Origin: Pseudomonas sp.
GTDB taxonomy: Bacteria; Pseudomonadota; Gammaproteobacteria; Pseudomonadales; Pseudomonadaceae
Reading direction: 5' to 3'
Assembly (NCBI GenBank): GCA_034670165.1
Contig: JAXMNZ010000007.1
Span: forward strand, 39,293-103,292
DNA length: 64,000 nt
Shown here: piece by piece, positions 1 to 9,237 of the stretch
Layout of the letters: every line of letters begins with the position of its first letter
How positions within the stretch are numbered: position 1 is the stretch's first letter
Notes under the pieces: model-generated
Told to the model about the DNA's origin: nothing
Databases searched by the model: none
What the model saw: only the letters and a program-made list of their open reading frames with translations
Program-made: the position numbers and the translations under genes

Positions 1-713
1 GCCGGTGCCGACGGCGCCCTGAGATCCGGCAGGACACCGGCATTGATCAGCTGGGTATTGGCCGTTGCGTATAGCGGGTCGACGAGATTGAAGACGTAGC
101 GCTCGAAGAGCTTGAGAATGATCAGCCGTACCTTGATGTCCAGTGACATCTCGGCCAGGGCGTCGACAAAGATCTGCGCCAGCACGGCCGGGCCCAGCGG
201 ATTGTTCGTCTCGTCCACCTGCACCTTGACCAGGCTGTTGAGCCTGATCGCGAGGTGGGACAGCGCCTGCCGGTTCCGCTCGACCACGCGGCCGACCATG
301 CTGTCGAGCGCAACGGTCTGCTCCAGATCATCGGGCTGCACAAGGGAGAGACTGTCGATGGCGAAATTGCTCGCCGGCGTGGCACGCTGGGGCGCGGCAG
401 CTTCGTTGAGCGCTTCCATTTCGCGAACCAGGCGCTGGCCGCAACTGTTGCTGATCCCGTGACGCTGCAGGCGCACGGCGCGCATGGCTTCGAAGAAAAG
501 CGCCTGTTCGGTATTGCTGGCGGCGCGATCGGCCATTTCGAAGAGGCTGTCATCGGCATTGTCGAACAGTGTCGACAGGCGCGCCTTGATGAAGGTAACT
601 GCTTCCTTGCGCACGGCCTGGAGCGGTGCGGGAAGCACCGACGGTCGCTCGGGACCCGTCTCGCTGCCAGGCCCCGCGCCGGTAAAATGTATGATTTTGG
701 GATCGCGCGCCAT
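1..713 (-). CDS. DUF1631 family protein, N-terminal part (gene runs off the left edge)
   Basis: Own translation of the minus strand from ATG (cat at 711-713): MARDPKIIHFTGAGPGSETGPERPSVLPAPLQAVRKEAVTFIKARLSTLFDNADDSLFEMADRAASNTEQALFFEAMRAVRLQRHG... It stays open to position 1 and is missing from the ORF track only because it has no stop inside the window. The LFDNADDxLFExAD...EQxxFFEAMRxxRL block is what I recall for DUF1631. Confidence 0.7.
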   Translation of the reverse strand, partial: MARDPKIIHFTGAGPGSETGPERPSVLPAPLQAVRKEAVTFIKARLSTLFDNADDSLFEMADRAASNTEQALFFEAMRAVRLQRHGISNSCGQRLVREMEALNEAAAPQRATPASNFAIDSLSLVQPDDLEQTVALDSMVGRVVERNRQALSHLAIRLNSLVKVQVDETNNPLGPAVLAQIFVDALAEMSLDIKVRLIILKLFERYVFNLVDPLYATANTQLINAGVLPDLRAPSAP

Positions 714-814
714 ACCTGTTCTCCGGACAGTCTGTGACTGTCATGACCACCGCCAGCGGAGTTCCCTTCTACTGCTCAATATCCGAATGGATCCTGACAA
801 TTATAGACGTTCTT

Positions 815-842
815 TTGACGTCAATTTAAAGGCAAGTATACA
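815..842 (+). promoter_or_regulatory. candidate sigma70 promoter for the AGCS symporter
   Basis: TTGACG (815-820), 16-nt spacer, TATACA (837-842), in the AT-rich part of the divergent intergenic region. It would give a leader of about 200 nt. Prediction by eye only. Confidence 0.3.
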
Positions 843-1042
843 GCCATTTGCAACAGGGTCAGCCTGCATCTGTTTTTTCCTTGAACGGGTTCACATTATT
901 AGCGCCCCCGTCGACGGGCTCGGTGCCGCATTGCTGACACAATTGGGCGCCAGGGGACAGCCCGTCCGTGGCAACAGAGGCTATCCTGTGCCCGCTGGTA
1001 AAAACACACAATAACAGACCCGACTTCTGGAGAGTCACTTCA

Positions 1043-2410
1043 ATGGATGCACTCATTGCGCATATCAGTACCATCAACGGCATTGTCTGGGGCCCGGCAA
1101 TGCTGGCCCTGCTGGCCGGCACCGGCCTGTATCTGACCCTGGGCCTGAAGCTGCTGCCGCAGCGCAAGCTGGGCTTTGGCTTCAAAATGCTCTGGCGCGG
1201 ACGCAAGAGCACCGCCGAGGGCGATATCAGCCCCTTCAACGCGCTGATGACGGCGCTGTCGGCCACGGTGGGCACGGGCAATATTGCCGGGGTCGCTACC
1301 GCGCTGTTCTTTGGCGGTCCGGGCGCGCTGTTCTGGATGTGGGCCATTGCGGTCGTCGGCATGGCCACCAAGTTCTGCGAGGCTGCCCTGGCCGTGCATT
1401 TTCGCGAGAAGGATGCGCGCGGCAACCACGTTGGCGGACCTATGTACTACATCAAGAACGGTCTGGGTCATAAATGGAAATGGCTCGGCATCCTTTTCGC
1501 CATATTCGGCATGCTCGCCGGCTTTGGCATCGGCAACACCATCCAGTCCAACTCGGTGGCAGATGCCCTGCAAAGCACCTTTGGCGTGGCACCCCTGCTG
1601 ACCGGGATCGTTATCGCCGTGCTGGTGGCACTGGTATTGATCGGCGGTATCAAACGGATCGGCGAGGTGGCCGGCAAGCTGGTGCCGATCATGGCGCTGT
1701 TCTATGTCGGTGGTGGACTGGCCATCCTGATCATGCATGCCAGCGAGCTGCCTGAAGCCTTCGGCTTGATCTTCTACCATGCCTTCAACCCGGCCGCCGC
1801 GGCGGGCGGATTCGCCGGCGCCACCATCTGGGCCGCCATGCGCTTCGGTATCGCCCGCGGCGTATTCTCCAACGAGGCCGGCCTGGGTAGTGCGCCCATT
1901 GCCCATGCCGCGGCACAGACCAGCAATCCGGTCCGCCAGGGCACCGTCGCGATGCTCGGCACCTTCATCGATACCATTATCATCTGCTCGATTACCGGCC
2001 TGGTGATCATGGTGACCGGCGCCTGGCAGAGTGGCGAGAATGGCGCGTCGCTGTCCGCCCATGCGTTCAACATCGGCCTGCCCGGTGGCTGGGGGCAATA
2101 CATCGTCAGCATCGGCCTGGCCATTTTTGCCTTTACCACGATCATCGGCTGGAGCTTCTACGGCGAGAAATGCACGCAGTTCCTGTTCGGCGAAAGATCC
2201 AATATCCCGTTCCGGGTGCTATGGGTACTGGCCATCCCGCTGGGCACGCTGCCCATGGTCGACCTGGGCAGTCTGTGGCTGGTCGCCGACACGCTGAACG
2301 CAATGATGGCGATTCCCAACCTGATCGCCCTGCTGCTGCTCAGCCCGGTGGTATTCCGCCTGACCCGTGACTACTTCAATGATCCGGTCAACCGTCTGCA
2401 GGACAGCTGA
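1043..2410 (+). CDS. alanine/glycine:cation symporter (AGCS family)
   Basis: ORF 968-2410. AGCS hallmarks are ISPFNALMTALSATVGTGNIAGVATA, GGPGALFWMW and RGVFSNEAGLGSAPIAHAAA, with many hydrophobic segments. Start moved to ATG 1043 (MDALIAHISTINGIVWGP), the usual N-terminus of the family. Confidence 0.9.
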   Translation: MDALIAHISTINGIVWGPAMLALLAGTGLYLTLGLKLLPQRKLGFGFKMLWRGRKSTAEGDISPFNALMTALSATVGTGNIAGVATALFFGGPGALFWMWAIAVVGMATKFCEAALAVHFREKDARGNHVGGPMYYIKNGLGHKWKWLGILFAIFGMLAGFGIGNTIQSNSVADALQSTFGVAPLLTGIVIAVLVALVLIGGIKRIGEVAGKLVPIMALFYVGGGLAILIMHASELPEAFGLIFYHAFNPAAAAGGFAGATIWAAMRFGIARGVFSNEAGLGSAPIAHAAAQTSNPVRQGTVAMLGTFIDTIIICSITGLVIMVTGAWQSGENGASLSAHAFNIGLPGGWGQYIVSIGLAIFAFTTIIGWSFYGEKCTQFLFGERSNIPFRVLWVLAIPLGTLPMVDLGSLWLVADTLNAMMAIPNLIALLLLSPVVFRLTRDYFNDPVNRLQDS

Positions 2411-2422
2411 GACCTGCTGTGC

Positions 2423-2448
2423 CACCCGCCCTCCCGGGCGGGTGTTTT
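2423..2448 (+). terminator. rho-independent terminator after the symporter gene
   Basis: Perfect 9-bp GC-rich stem CACCCGCCC/GGGCGGGTG (2423-2431 / 2436-2444), 4-nt loop, then TTTT. Confidence 0.7.
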
Positions 2449-2501
2449 GTCCCTGATAGGGTATACTCGCCGGCTGACGCCAATCGCGACGGAGCCCCTC
2501 C

Positions 2502-3350
2502 ATGCCCAACCTTACCCTCGACAGCCTGCAGCAGAACATCGCCGATGACGTGCGTCGAACCCTGGCCGAGGACGTCGGGCCCGGCGATATCACCGCCGCC
2601 CTGATACCCGCCGAGCGCCAGGCCAGCGCGACCATACTGACCAGAGAGTCGGCCATACTCTGCGGCACCGCCTGGGCAGACGAAGTATTCCGTCAGGTCG
2701 ATCCCGCTATCGAGGTTGAATGGCTGGCACGGGACGGCGAACGCATGGCCCCCGACCAGGTGTTCTGTCGGCTCAGCGGACCGGCCCGGGGCTTGCTCAC
2801 GGCTGAACGAAGCGCGATGAATTTCATCCAGACCCTGTCGGCCACCGCTACCCGCAGCCGTTACTTTGCCGATATCGTGGCGGGTACCCCCGTGCGCCTG
2901 CTGGACACCCGCAAGACCCTTCCAGGGCTGCGCATGGCGCAAAAGTACGCGGTCACCTGCGGCGGTTGCCACAACCATCGCATAGGGCTGTTCGACGCCT
3001 TTCTGATCAAGGAAAACCACATTGCCGCCTGCGGCGGTATTGCCGAGGCCGTCAGCCAGGCGCGTACGCTGGCACCCGGCAAGCCCGTCGAAGTAGAAGT
3101 GGAAAGCCTTGCAGAACTGCGTCAGGCCCTCGACGCCGGCGCCGACATCATCATGCTCGATGAACTCAGCCTGGCAGACATGCGTGAAGCGGTTCGCATC
3201 ACCGAGGGGCGCGCGGCACTTGAAGCCTCGGGCGGCATCACCGAAGCAACCCTCAGGGACGTGGCCAACACTGGAGTGGACTTCATCTCCATTGGCAGCA
3301 TGACCAAGGACATAAAGGCCGTCGACCTCTCCATGCGTCTGAGCATGTAA
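2502..3350 (+). CDS. nadC: nicotinate-nucleotide diphosphorylase (carboxylating)
   Basis: 282 aa. Typical QPRTase blocks [31 protein letters not shown] and DIIMLDE. Confidence 0.92.
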   Translation: MPNLTLDSLQQNIADDVRRTLAEDVGPGDITAALIPAERQASATILTRESAILCGTAWADEVFRQVDPAIEVEWLARDGERMAPDQVFCRLSGPARGLLTAERSAMNFIQTLSATATRSRYFADIVAGTPVRLLDTRKTLPGLRMAQKYAVTCGGCHNHRIGLFDAFLIKENHIAACGGIAEAVSQARTLAPGKPVEVEVESLAELRQALDAGADIIMLDELSLADMREAVRITEGRAALEASGGITEATLRDVANTGVDFISIGSMTKDIKAVDLSMRLSM

Positions 3351-3351
3351 T

Positions 3352-3378
3352 AAAAAACCGGCCTGTTGGCCGGTTTTT
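3352..3378. terminator. bidirectional rho-independent terminator between convergent nadC and the sulfatase-family gene
   Basis: AAAAAA-CCGGCC-TGTT-GGCCGG-TTTTT. The stem is flanked by an A-run and a T-run, so it can work on both strands. Confidence 0.75.
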
Positions 3379-3398
3379 CGTTGCTCGCGATCTGCAGA

Positions 3399-5435
3399 TC
3401 AGTCGCGAATGTTTTCGTACAGCATGTAGTGGGAGGTTTCATACAGCCCACGGGCCAGGGGCAGTAGCCGCTGGTACTCCTGCGGATACTGCTCGGCCAC
3501 ATTGTCCAGTGGCGTCTGCGAGTGCAGATCATGCAGACTCGGCTCACTGCCGTCATAGTTCATCTGCAGCAGGAAATCCTTGCTCACGGCGCCGATCAGC
3601 GGAAAGGTCCCCTCGCGCAGAACCAGTGGCACGACCCGCTCACCCTCGGGTGCCGGCATGAGCAGGTCGCGCCCCATGGTCCGGTTGTCATACTCGAAGC
3701 CCAGCAGACCGGCAACGGTCGGAAGCAGGTCGGCCAGGCCTACCGCTTCGTCGAACTCGCGTGGCGGCAGCAGCTTGGGCGCATAGATCAGCAGGGGCGT
3801 ATTGTTGCTTTCCAGGCCCAACTGATCGAATGCCGGCTTCATGTAGTCGATATTGGCGATACGGGTATTGTGGTCGCCGAACATCACGAAGATGGTGTTA
3901 TCGAAGTAGCCACCCTCCTTGGCCATCTCCATCAGCCGACCCAGGTTGAAATCCAGCAGGCGCACGGCGTTGTACTGCGCCACACTCCGCGAGCCGGCGG
4001 CCTGAACCTCTTCCAGACTGGGCTCGAGGACTTCGAACCCGTCGTTCTCCGGTGGAATGGTAAAGGGGCGGTGATTGCCGGCGGTCTGGATATAGGCGAA
4101 GAACGGCTCGTCACGCGGCAGTGCCCGCAGGAGCTTGTCGGTCTCCTTGAACAGATCGAGGTCCGAGATACCCCAGACGTCGGCATTCTTCGATTGCCAG
4201 AAGCCCTCTTCGTAGAGCGTGACGCCATCGATGCTCTGGCGAATCAGACCGTTCATGTTGGCCCAACCGGCGCTGCCACCGATGGTATAGATCTTGTTAT
4301 AGCCTTCCAGGGCGTTGACCAGCGTGTGCTGGTTGGTAATCAGCGGGTTGCGCGTGGCCGTTTCCGAACGGGAAACGTCGGGAATCCCGGTGATGCTGGC
4401 CCACACAGTCTTGGCCGTGCCGGTGACCGGCACATAGAAATGCCGGAAGAACCAGCTTTCCGAGGCCATCCGGTCCAGGTTTGGCGTAGGGTTGATCGGA
4501 TTGCCATAGGCGCCCACGGCAGTGGTGCCCAGGGATTCGAGCATGATGAACACCACATTGGGGCGCTGCTCGGTGGCAAGCCGGTGCGGCTGCACCGGTA
4601 CCTGCCTGCTGAGCGTCAGGGCCTCAATGTCCGGCTCCGCCACGCCAAGGTACTGGCTCACCGCCGGATAATGCTTGCGTACCTCAGCCAGGTTGTAGCG
4701 ATCCTGGGGAATGGCGATGGTGTCGTAGAAAAAGATCACCGGGTTGATACCCAAAGCCCCGAGCTGACTGTCACCGGAGAAGAACGCGTCGCTCCAGCGC
4801 AGGGGCACCGGGTTCTCCAGATTGATATTGCTGAACCGGCCCAGAATGGCCAGGAAGACCAGCACCACCATCAACACGCTGCCCCAGATTCTCGGCCCCA
4901 GTCCGATGACCGTGGCTGGCCGGTCCAGGGTTTCACGCTCCAGGCGCAACAATGCCCAGAAGGTGGCGAGCAGCATCACCAGCCAGGCCAGGGTAATCCA
5001 GATCACCGGATAACTTTCCCAGACCATCTGCTGCGATATGCCTGCATCTTCGATGAACTTAAGCGCCGAGGCATTCAGACGCACACCCAGGTAGGCATAG
5101 TGGCCGAAGTCGATGATATACATGAACAGCACGACCGCCAGAGCCACCAGCAGATACAGGCGACCCACCCAGCGCAACCAGGGCTGGCGCAGACTGTTCC
5201 AGACGGGTAGCCAGGCCAGGAACATCGCCGGCAGCATCAGCAGTATGGCCAGGCGCAGGTCGAAACGTACGCCGATGCCCAGCGTCTCCAGCACCAGGCC
5301 CCAGGACTGGTCCGCCCCGGGGGTGACCGACGAGAAGCCGAACAAGAATACCGCCCGCAATGCGACCAGCAGAATGAAGAGAATGACCGTACCACCGAGG
5401 AAGTAGTGCAGCCGACGGGATCGCAACCAGCCCAT
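3399..5435 (-). CDS. LTA synthase / phosphoglycerol-transferase-like sulfatase family membrane protein
   Basis: About five N-terminal hydrophobic segments, then a sulfatase/alkaline-phosphatase-type domain (NVVFIMLESLG, AGNHRPF, IFVMFGDHN). Start set at ATG 5435 (MGWLRSRRLHYF), preceded by caggag. The longer ORF-track N-terminus has no support. Confidence 0.8.
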   Translation of the reverse strand: MGWLRSRRLHYFLGGTVILFILLVALRAVFLFGFSSVTPGADQSWGLVLETLGIGVRFDLRLAILLMLPAMFLAWLPVWNSLRQPWLRWVGRLYLLVALAVVLFMYIIDFGHYAYLGVRLNASALKFIEDAGISQQMVWESYPVIWITLAWLVMLLATFWALLRLERETLDRPATVIGLGPRIWGSVLMVVLVFLAILGRFSNINLENPVPLRWSDAFFSGDSQLGALGINPVIFFYDTIAIPQDRYNLAEVRKHYPAVSQYLGVAEPDIEALTLSRQVPVQPHRLATEQRPNVVFIMLESLGTTAVGAYGNPINPTPNLDRMASESWFFRHFYVPVTGTAKTVWASITGIPDVSRSETATRNPLITNQHTLVNALEGYNKIYTIGGSAGWANMNGLIRQSIDGVTLYEEGFWQSKNADVWGISDLDLFKETDKLLRALPRDEPFFAYIQTAGNHRPFTIPPENDGFEVLEPSLEEVQAAGSRSVAQYNAVRLLDFNLGRLMEMAKEGGYFDNTIFVMFGDHNTRIANIDYMKPAFDQLGLESNNTPLLIYAPKLLPPREFDEAVGLADLLPTVAGLLGFEYDNRTMGRDLLMPAPEGERVVPLVLREGTFPLIGAVSKDFLLQMNYDGSEPSLHDLHSQTPLDNVAEQYPQEYQRLLPLARGLYETSHYMLYENIRD

Positions 5436-5478
5436 AGCAGGCTCCTGATAATTGTTAGTTAATCCGTTATCGCTTGGG

Positions 5479-6504
5479 TCAGTCCCTGCGCCCATCAAAA
5501 CGCGCAAGGGTATCCATCGCCAGGGCAAAACCGGTTTCACCGGATGAGACCGCCGCAAAGGCCGCCACATCACCGGTTGCCACGCGACCCAGCGCCTGCA
5601 GACTGTGGAACTGACTGAAACGCTGCGCACTGTATAGCTGCATGGCCTCGCAAGGCAACCGGGAGGGATCAGCCGCCCCCCGATACTCGAGCAGAGCGCA
5701 GGCCTCCTCGGGGAACTCCCAGGCCCTGGCGACGGCGGCTGTTAGCCTGCGCGCCAGCTGTAGCCATTGGGAACGGAACGCCAGGCTGCTGGGAATCTGA
5801 TTGCCATCAAACAGAGCGTCGAGTACCCGGCAGCCGATCAGCAGCCCGAGATTGCTGGATATACCCGCCAGATAGGCAGTGAACTCGTCGCCTGCCTTCT
5901 CACGCGCCAGGGCAGCGGCAACCAGCGCCGTCTTCTCCGAATGCTCCCAGAGCAGCACGCCAGCGATCGCGCTGAAATGGCCCTGGCGTTCGCTGAATAT
6001 CGGCCGTACCAGAAGATTGGCAACCATCTGGCGCAGCCCCCTCTGACCCAGCACCAGCACCGCCTGCTCAAGGCTGCGCGCTTCGCTCGCGCGCCGGTAG
6101 TAAGGGCTATTGGCCAAGCGGATGACCTCGCTCACCGAAACGATATCGCGGCCTATCAGGTCGGCCAGCTCCCGTGAGGTGGTCGTCGGGTCGCGGAAAT
6201 AGTTCATCAGCCGCGGCAGCACCGAAGGCAGCCGCGGGATCAGCCGGCTGTCCGCCAGGTCAGTGTCGAGCAGGGCAGCAAAGCGCTTCAGTGCATTGCG
6301 CTCGAAGTCATTGAGCGGCGCCACCTGGGGCGAATGCACGCCCAGCACCATACCCATGAACGTCTGCTCGATACGCTCTTCGATATTGTCGAAACTGTCA
6401 GCCGGAACGGCCCATCCCGGGACGGGCGATGCCATAGGCGTCAGGCTGACCTCGGGCGCCGTGGCGGGGGTGGTAATGAAAAACGATCTGATTCGGGTCC
6501 ACAT
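5479..6504 (-). CDS. HDOD domain-containing signalling protein
   Basis: HDOD-like core LPSVLPRLMNYFRDPTTTSRELADLIGRDIVSVSEVIRLANSPYYR...SLEQAVLVLGQRGLRQMV. The ORF-track start (6924) overlaps the upstream HAD gene, so the start was moved to ATG 6504 (MWTRIRSFF). The exact start is uncertain. Confidence 0.72.
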   Translation of the reverse strand: MWTRIRSFFITTPATAPEVSLTPMASPVPGWAVPADSFDNIEERIEQTFMGMVLGVHSPQVAPLNDFERNALKRFAALLDTDLADSRLIPRLPSVLPRLMNYFRDPTTTSRELADLIGRDIVSVSEVIRLANSPYYRRASEARSLEQAVLVLGQRGLRQMVANLLVRPIFSERQGHFSAIAGVLLWEHSEKTALVAAALAREKAGDEFTAYLAGISSNLGLLIGCRVLDALFDGNQIPSSLAFRSQWLQLARRLTAAVARAWEFPEEACALLEYRGAADPSRLPCEAMQLYSAQRFSQFHSLQALGRVATGDVAAFAAVSSGETGFALAMDTLARFDGRRD

Positions 6505-6601
6505 CTTGAACTGTCCGCGTAAGCCGGGCATAGCGCCGTAGTGGCCATGATAGCGTTTTGCAGTCACTGGCGGAGCGATATCTCGCTTGCCTGCGCCGCG
6601 C

Positions 6602-7207
6602 TCAGGCGTGCCTTGCAGCCTCGGCTTGCTGCAGACGTGCCAGCAGGCGTTCGCAATCGGGCAAATGCCAGTCCGCAAGCTCCGGCCAGCTGTTGTCCTC
6701 GTGCAGCAGACAGGTCCGGCAGCCTGCCGCCCGACCGGCTTCCAGATCAAACCGGAAGTCGCCGACCATGACCGCATCAGCCGGGTCGACCGACCAGATC
6801 TCGAGAAGATGGTGAATGCCGGCCGGATCAGGCTTGGGCAGGGCCTCGGCACGTCCGAGAATGTGTTCGGGGGCAAAACAGTCGGCAATCCCCAACACTT
6901 CCAGCGAGGACACCGCGACCGCATGCAGATTACGCGTGAGAATGCCGATGTGCTTGCCGCTGGCCTGCAGATGCCGGATCAACCCGGCTGCGCCCGGGGC
7001 GGACGCCACCTCGCGGGCCAGTCGCAACTCGATGGCATCAAGCTGCTGGCCGAGTTCTGCTGCCTGTGCCGCCGGCAGCCGCGCCAGATAGCCAAGTATG
7101 TCTTCTTCGGCCGGGATACCCAGCTCTCGGCGGATCGCAGGAAAGTCGTGCTGCGCCAGGGTCAGGGTACCGTCGAGATCGAATATCCAGGCCTTGAGAT
7201 CATGCAT
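6602..7207 (-). CDS. HAD-IA family hydrolase (phosphatase)
   Basis: Motif I IFDLDGTLT, ILTRN, and the KPDP...MVGDFRFD motif III/IV arrangement. 201 aa. Lies 3 bp downstream of tesB. Confidence 0.8.
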   Translation of the reverse strand: MHDLKAWIFDLDGTLTLAQHDFPAIRRELGIPAEEDILGYLARLPAAQAAELGQQLDAIELRLAREVASAPGAAGLIRHLQASGKHIGILTRNLHAVAVSSLEVLGIADCFAPEHILGRAEALPKPDPAGIHHLLEIWSVDPADAVMVGDFRFDLEAGRAAGCRTCLLHEDNSWPELADWHLPDCERLLARLQQAEAARHA

Positions 7208-7210
7208 CGC

Positions 7211-8074
7211 TCAGGGCCCCACCGTGCGCATCAGCGATTCCTGCGTCACCGACGCCACCAGCACGCCGTCGCGGGAAAAGATCTGACCCCGTGACAATCC
7301 GCGAGAACCGCTGGCCGAGGGGCTGTCCATGGAGTACAGCAGCCAGTCGTCCATGCGCAGGGGCTGGTGAAACCAGAGCGAGTGATCCAGGCTCGCCACC
7401 TGCATTTTTCGTGACCAGGAGGAAATGCCATGGGGCAGCATCGCCGTGCCGAGCAGATGAAAATCCGATGCGTAGGCCAACAGGTAGCGATGCAGCTGCG
7501 GATCATCCGGCAGGCGGCCGTCCGCCCGGAACCACATGTGCCGTACCGGCTCGGTGGGCTGCGGATTGAACGGATTGAAGACGCCAACCGGTCGGATCTC
7601 GATGGGCTTGTCGACCAGCACCTTTTCGCGCACGTTCTCGTGAATCAGATGCTGGTGGTCTCGGGTCAGTTCGGTCTCGTTGCGCAGATCCTCGGGCGGA
7701 GGCACATCAGGCATCTGCGCCTGGTGGCTGTAACCTTCTTCATCTCCCTGGAAGGAGGAGATCATGGTGAAGATCGGTTTGCCCTTCTGGATCGCCTGCA
7801 CACGCCGAGTGGTGAAGCTGCCACCGTCGCGCAGCGGATCGACCTGATAGACGATCGGCAGGGTCGCGTCGCCAGGGCGCAGGAAATAACCGTGTACCGA
7901 ATGCACATGCCGCTCGGCATCCACAGTCTGACTGGCAGCCGACAGGGACTGCCCGAGCACCTGACCACCGAACAGTTGCTTGAAACCCAGGTCCTGGCTC
8001 ATGCCGCGGAACAGGTTCTCTTCGATTTTCTCCAGCGCCAGCAGGCTAACCAGGTCATCCAGCATTTCGGTCAT
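7211..8074 (-). CDS. tesB: acyl-CoA thioesterase II
   Basis: MTEMLDDLVSLLALEKIEENLFRGMSQDLGFKQLFGGQVLGQSL...VHSVHGYFLRPGD...RDGGSFTTRRVQAIQKGKPIF is classic TesB. Start moved to ATG 8074. Confidence 0.9.
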   Translation of the reverse strand: MTEMLDDLVSLLALEKIEENLFRGMSQDLGFKQLFGGQVLGQSLSAASQTVDAERHVHSVHGYFLRPGDATLPIVYQVDPLRDGGSFTTRRVQAIQKGKPIFTMISSFQGDEEGYSHQAQMPDVPPPEDLRNETELTRDHQHLIHENVREKVLVDKPIEIRPVGVFNPFNPQPTEPVRHMWFRADGRLPDDPQLHRYLLAYASDFHLLGTAMLPHGISSWSRKMQVASLDHSLWFHQPLRMDDWLLYSMDSPSASGSRGLSRGQIFSRDGVLVASVTQESLMRTVGP

Positions 8075-8257
8075 GGTAAGGGATTCCTCGACGACAGCCG
8101 GCTGGGGAGCCGGCAAACCAATGGGGGCTGCGACCGAGTGTCGCAAAGCGGGACATTCTAACCGCTAAACTGCAGCTTTTGGTAATGCCTGCACGCTTGT
8201 TGCCCGCCCCCCGGCAGACCCATACTGCCCCTGTTTACCGTCAAAGGCTGCAGATGC

Positions 8258-9178
8258 ATGGATCTACCCCTGGTGTATCACACCGATTACAGCTTCGTCT
8301 TCCCTTCGGCACACCGCTTCCCGATGGACAAGTTTGTCCGGCTGCACGATCACCTGCGTCGCAGCGCGGTGCTGCATGACGGCAACCTGCACCAACCGCA
8401 GAGCGCCAGTCTCGAGCTGCTCGCCCTTGCCCACGACCCGGGCTATGTCGAACGCTTCTGCAGCAACGCACTGGAGCCGGCCGAACTGCGCCGCATGGGC
8501 CTGCCCTGGAGCGACGCCCTGAGACAACGCACCACCCGCGCAGTCGGCGGTTCGCTGCTCACCGCCGAACTGGCACTGCAACATGGCCTGGCCTGCCATC
8601 TGGCCGGCGGCACCCACCACGCACATCATGATTTTGCCTCGGGTTTCTGTATCTTCAATGATCTGGCGATCATCAGCCGCTACCTGCTGGCCAGCGGCAA
8701 GGTGGGGCGGGTACTGATCTTTGACTGTGATGTACATCAGGGTGATGGCACTGCGCGGATTCTCGAACACGACCGGGATGCGATTACCGTATCGCTGCAC
8801 TGCGAGAACAATTTTCCGGCGCGCAAGGCCTCGAGTGACTGGGATATTCCCCTGCCGCGCCAGCTGGACGATCAGGGCTACCTGCGGATCGTGGACGACG
8901 TGCTTGGCTATCTGTTGCCCATGTACCAACCGGATATTGTGCTTTACGACGCGGGCGTCGACGTTCACCAGGGCGATGCGCTGGGATACCTGGCGCTGAC
9001 CGACGCGGGAATTGCCAGCCGCGACCGCATGGTGATCGAGCATTGCCTGGGTCGTGACATCCCGGTCTGTGCAGTGATCGGCGGCGGCTACAGCAATGAC
9101 CGCGAGGTCCTGGCCCGCCGCCATGGTCTGCTGCATCACAGTGCGGCACAGATTTGGCGTGAGCGCGGTTTGGGTTAA
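8258..9178 (+). CDS. histone deacetylase family protein (acetylpolyamine/acetoin-utilisation type amidohydrolase)
   Basis: HDAC catalytic blocks GGTHHAHHDFASGFCIFND, FDCDVHQGDGTA and GGGY. Confidence 0.85.
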   Translation: MDLPLVYHTDYSFVFPSAHRFPMDKFVRLHDHLRRSAVLHDGNLHQPQSASLELLALAHDPGYVERFCSNALEPAELRRMGLPWSDALRQRTTRAVGGSLLTAELALQHGLACHLAGGTHHAHHDFASGFCIFNDLAIISRYLLASGKVGRVLIFDCDVHQGDGTARILEHDRDAITVSLHCENNFPARKASSDWDIPLPRQLDDQGYLRIVDDVLGYLLPMYQPDIVLYDAGVDVHQGDALGYLALTDAGIASRDRMVIEHCLGRDIPVCAVIGGGYSNDREVLARRHGLLHHSAAQIWRERGLG

Positions 9179-9237
9179 ACTGCCTGCCGCGCGCCCTGTC
9201 GCGAGCCCTGCCGTCCTTGCCAACCAGCGGATTACCC

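Noticed and set aside
900-1045. Possible glycine riboswitch upstream of the alanine/glycine symporter. The Vibrio tandem glycine riboswitch precedes a gene of this family. CTGGAGAG occurs at about 1027-1034, GCGCCAGGGGACA resembles CACCGAAGGGGCAA, and GGCAACAGAGGC resembles GGCAAAAGGAC.
   Set aside because: The elements are in the wrong order. The CUGGAGAG-like box is 3-prime of the others and abuts the start codon. The conserved CCGAAGG core is not intact, and no P1 closure can be drawn. Resemblance only. A cmscan would settle it.
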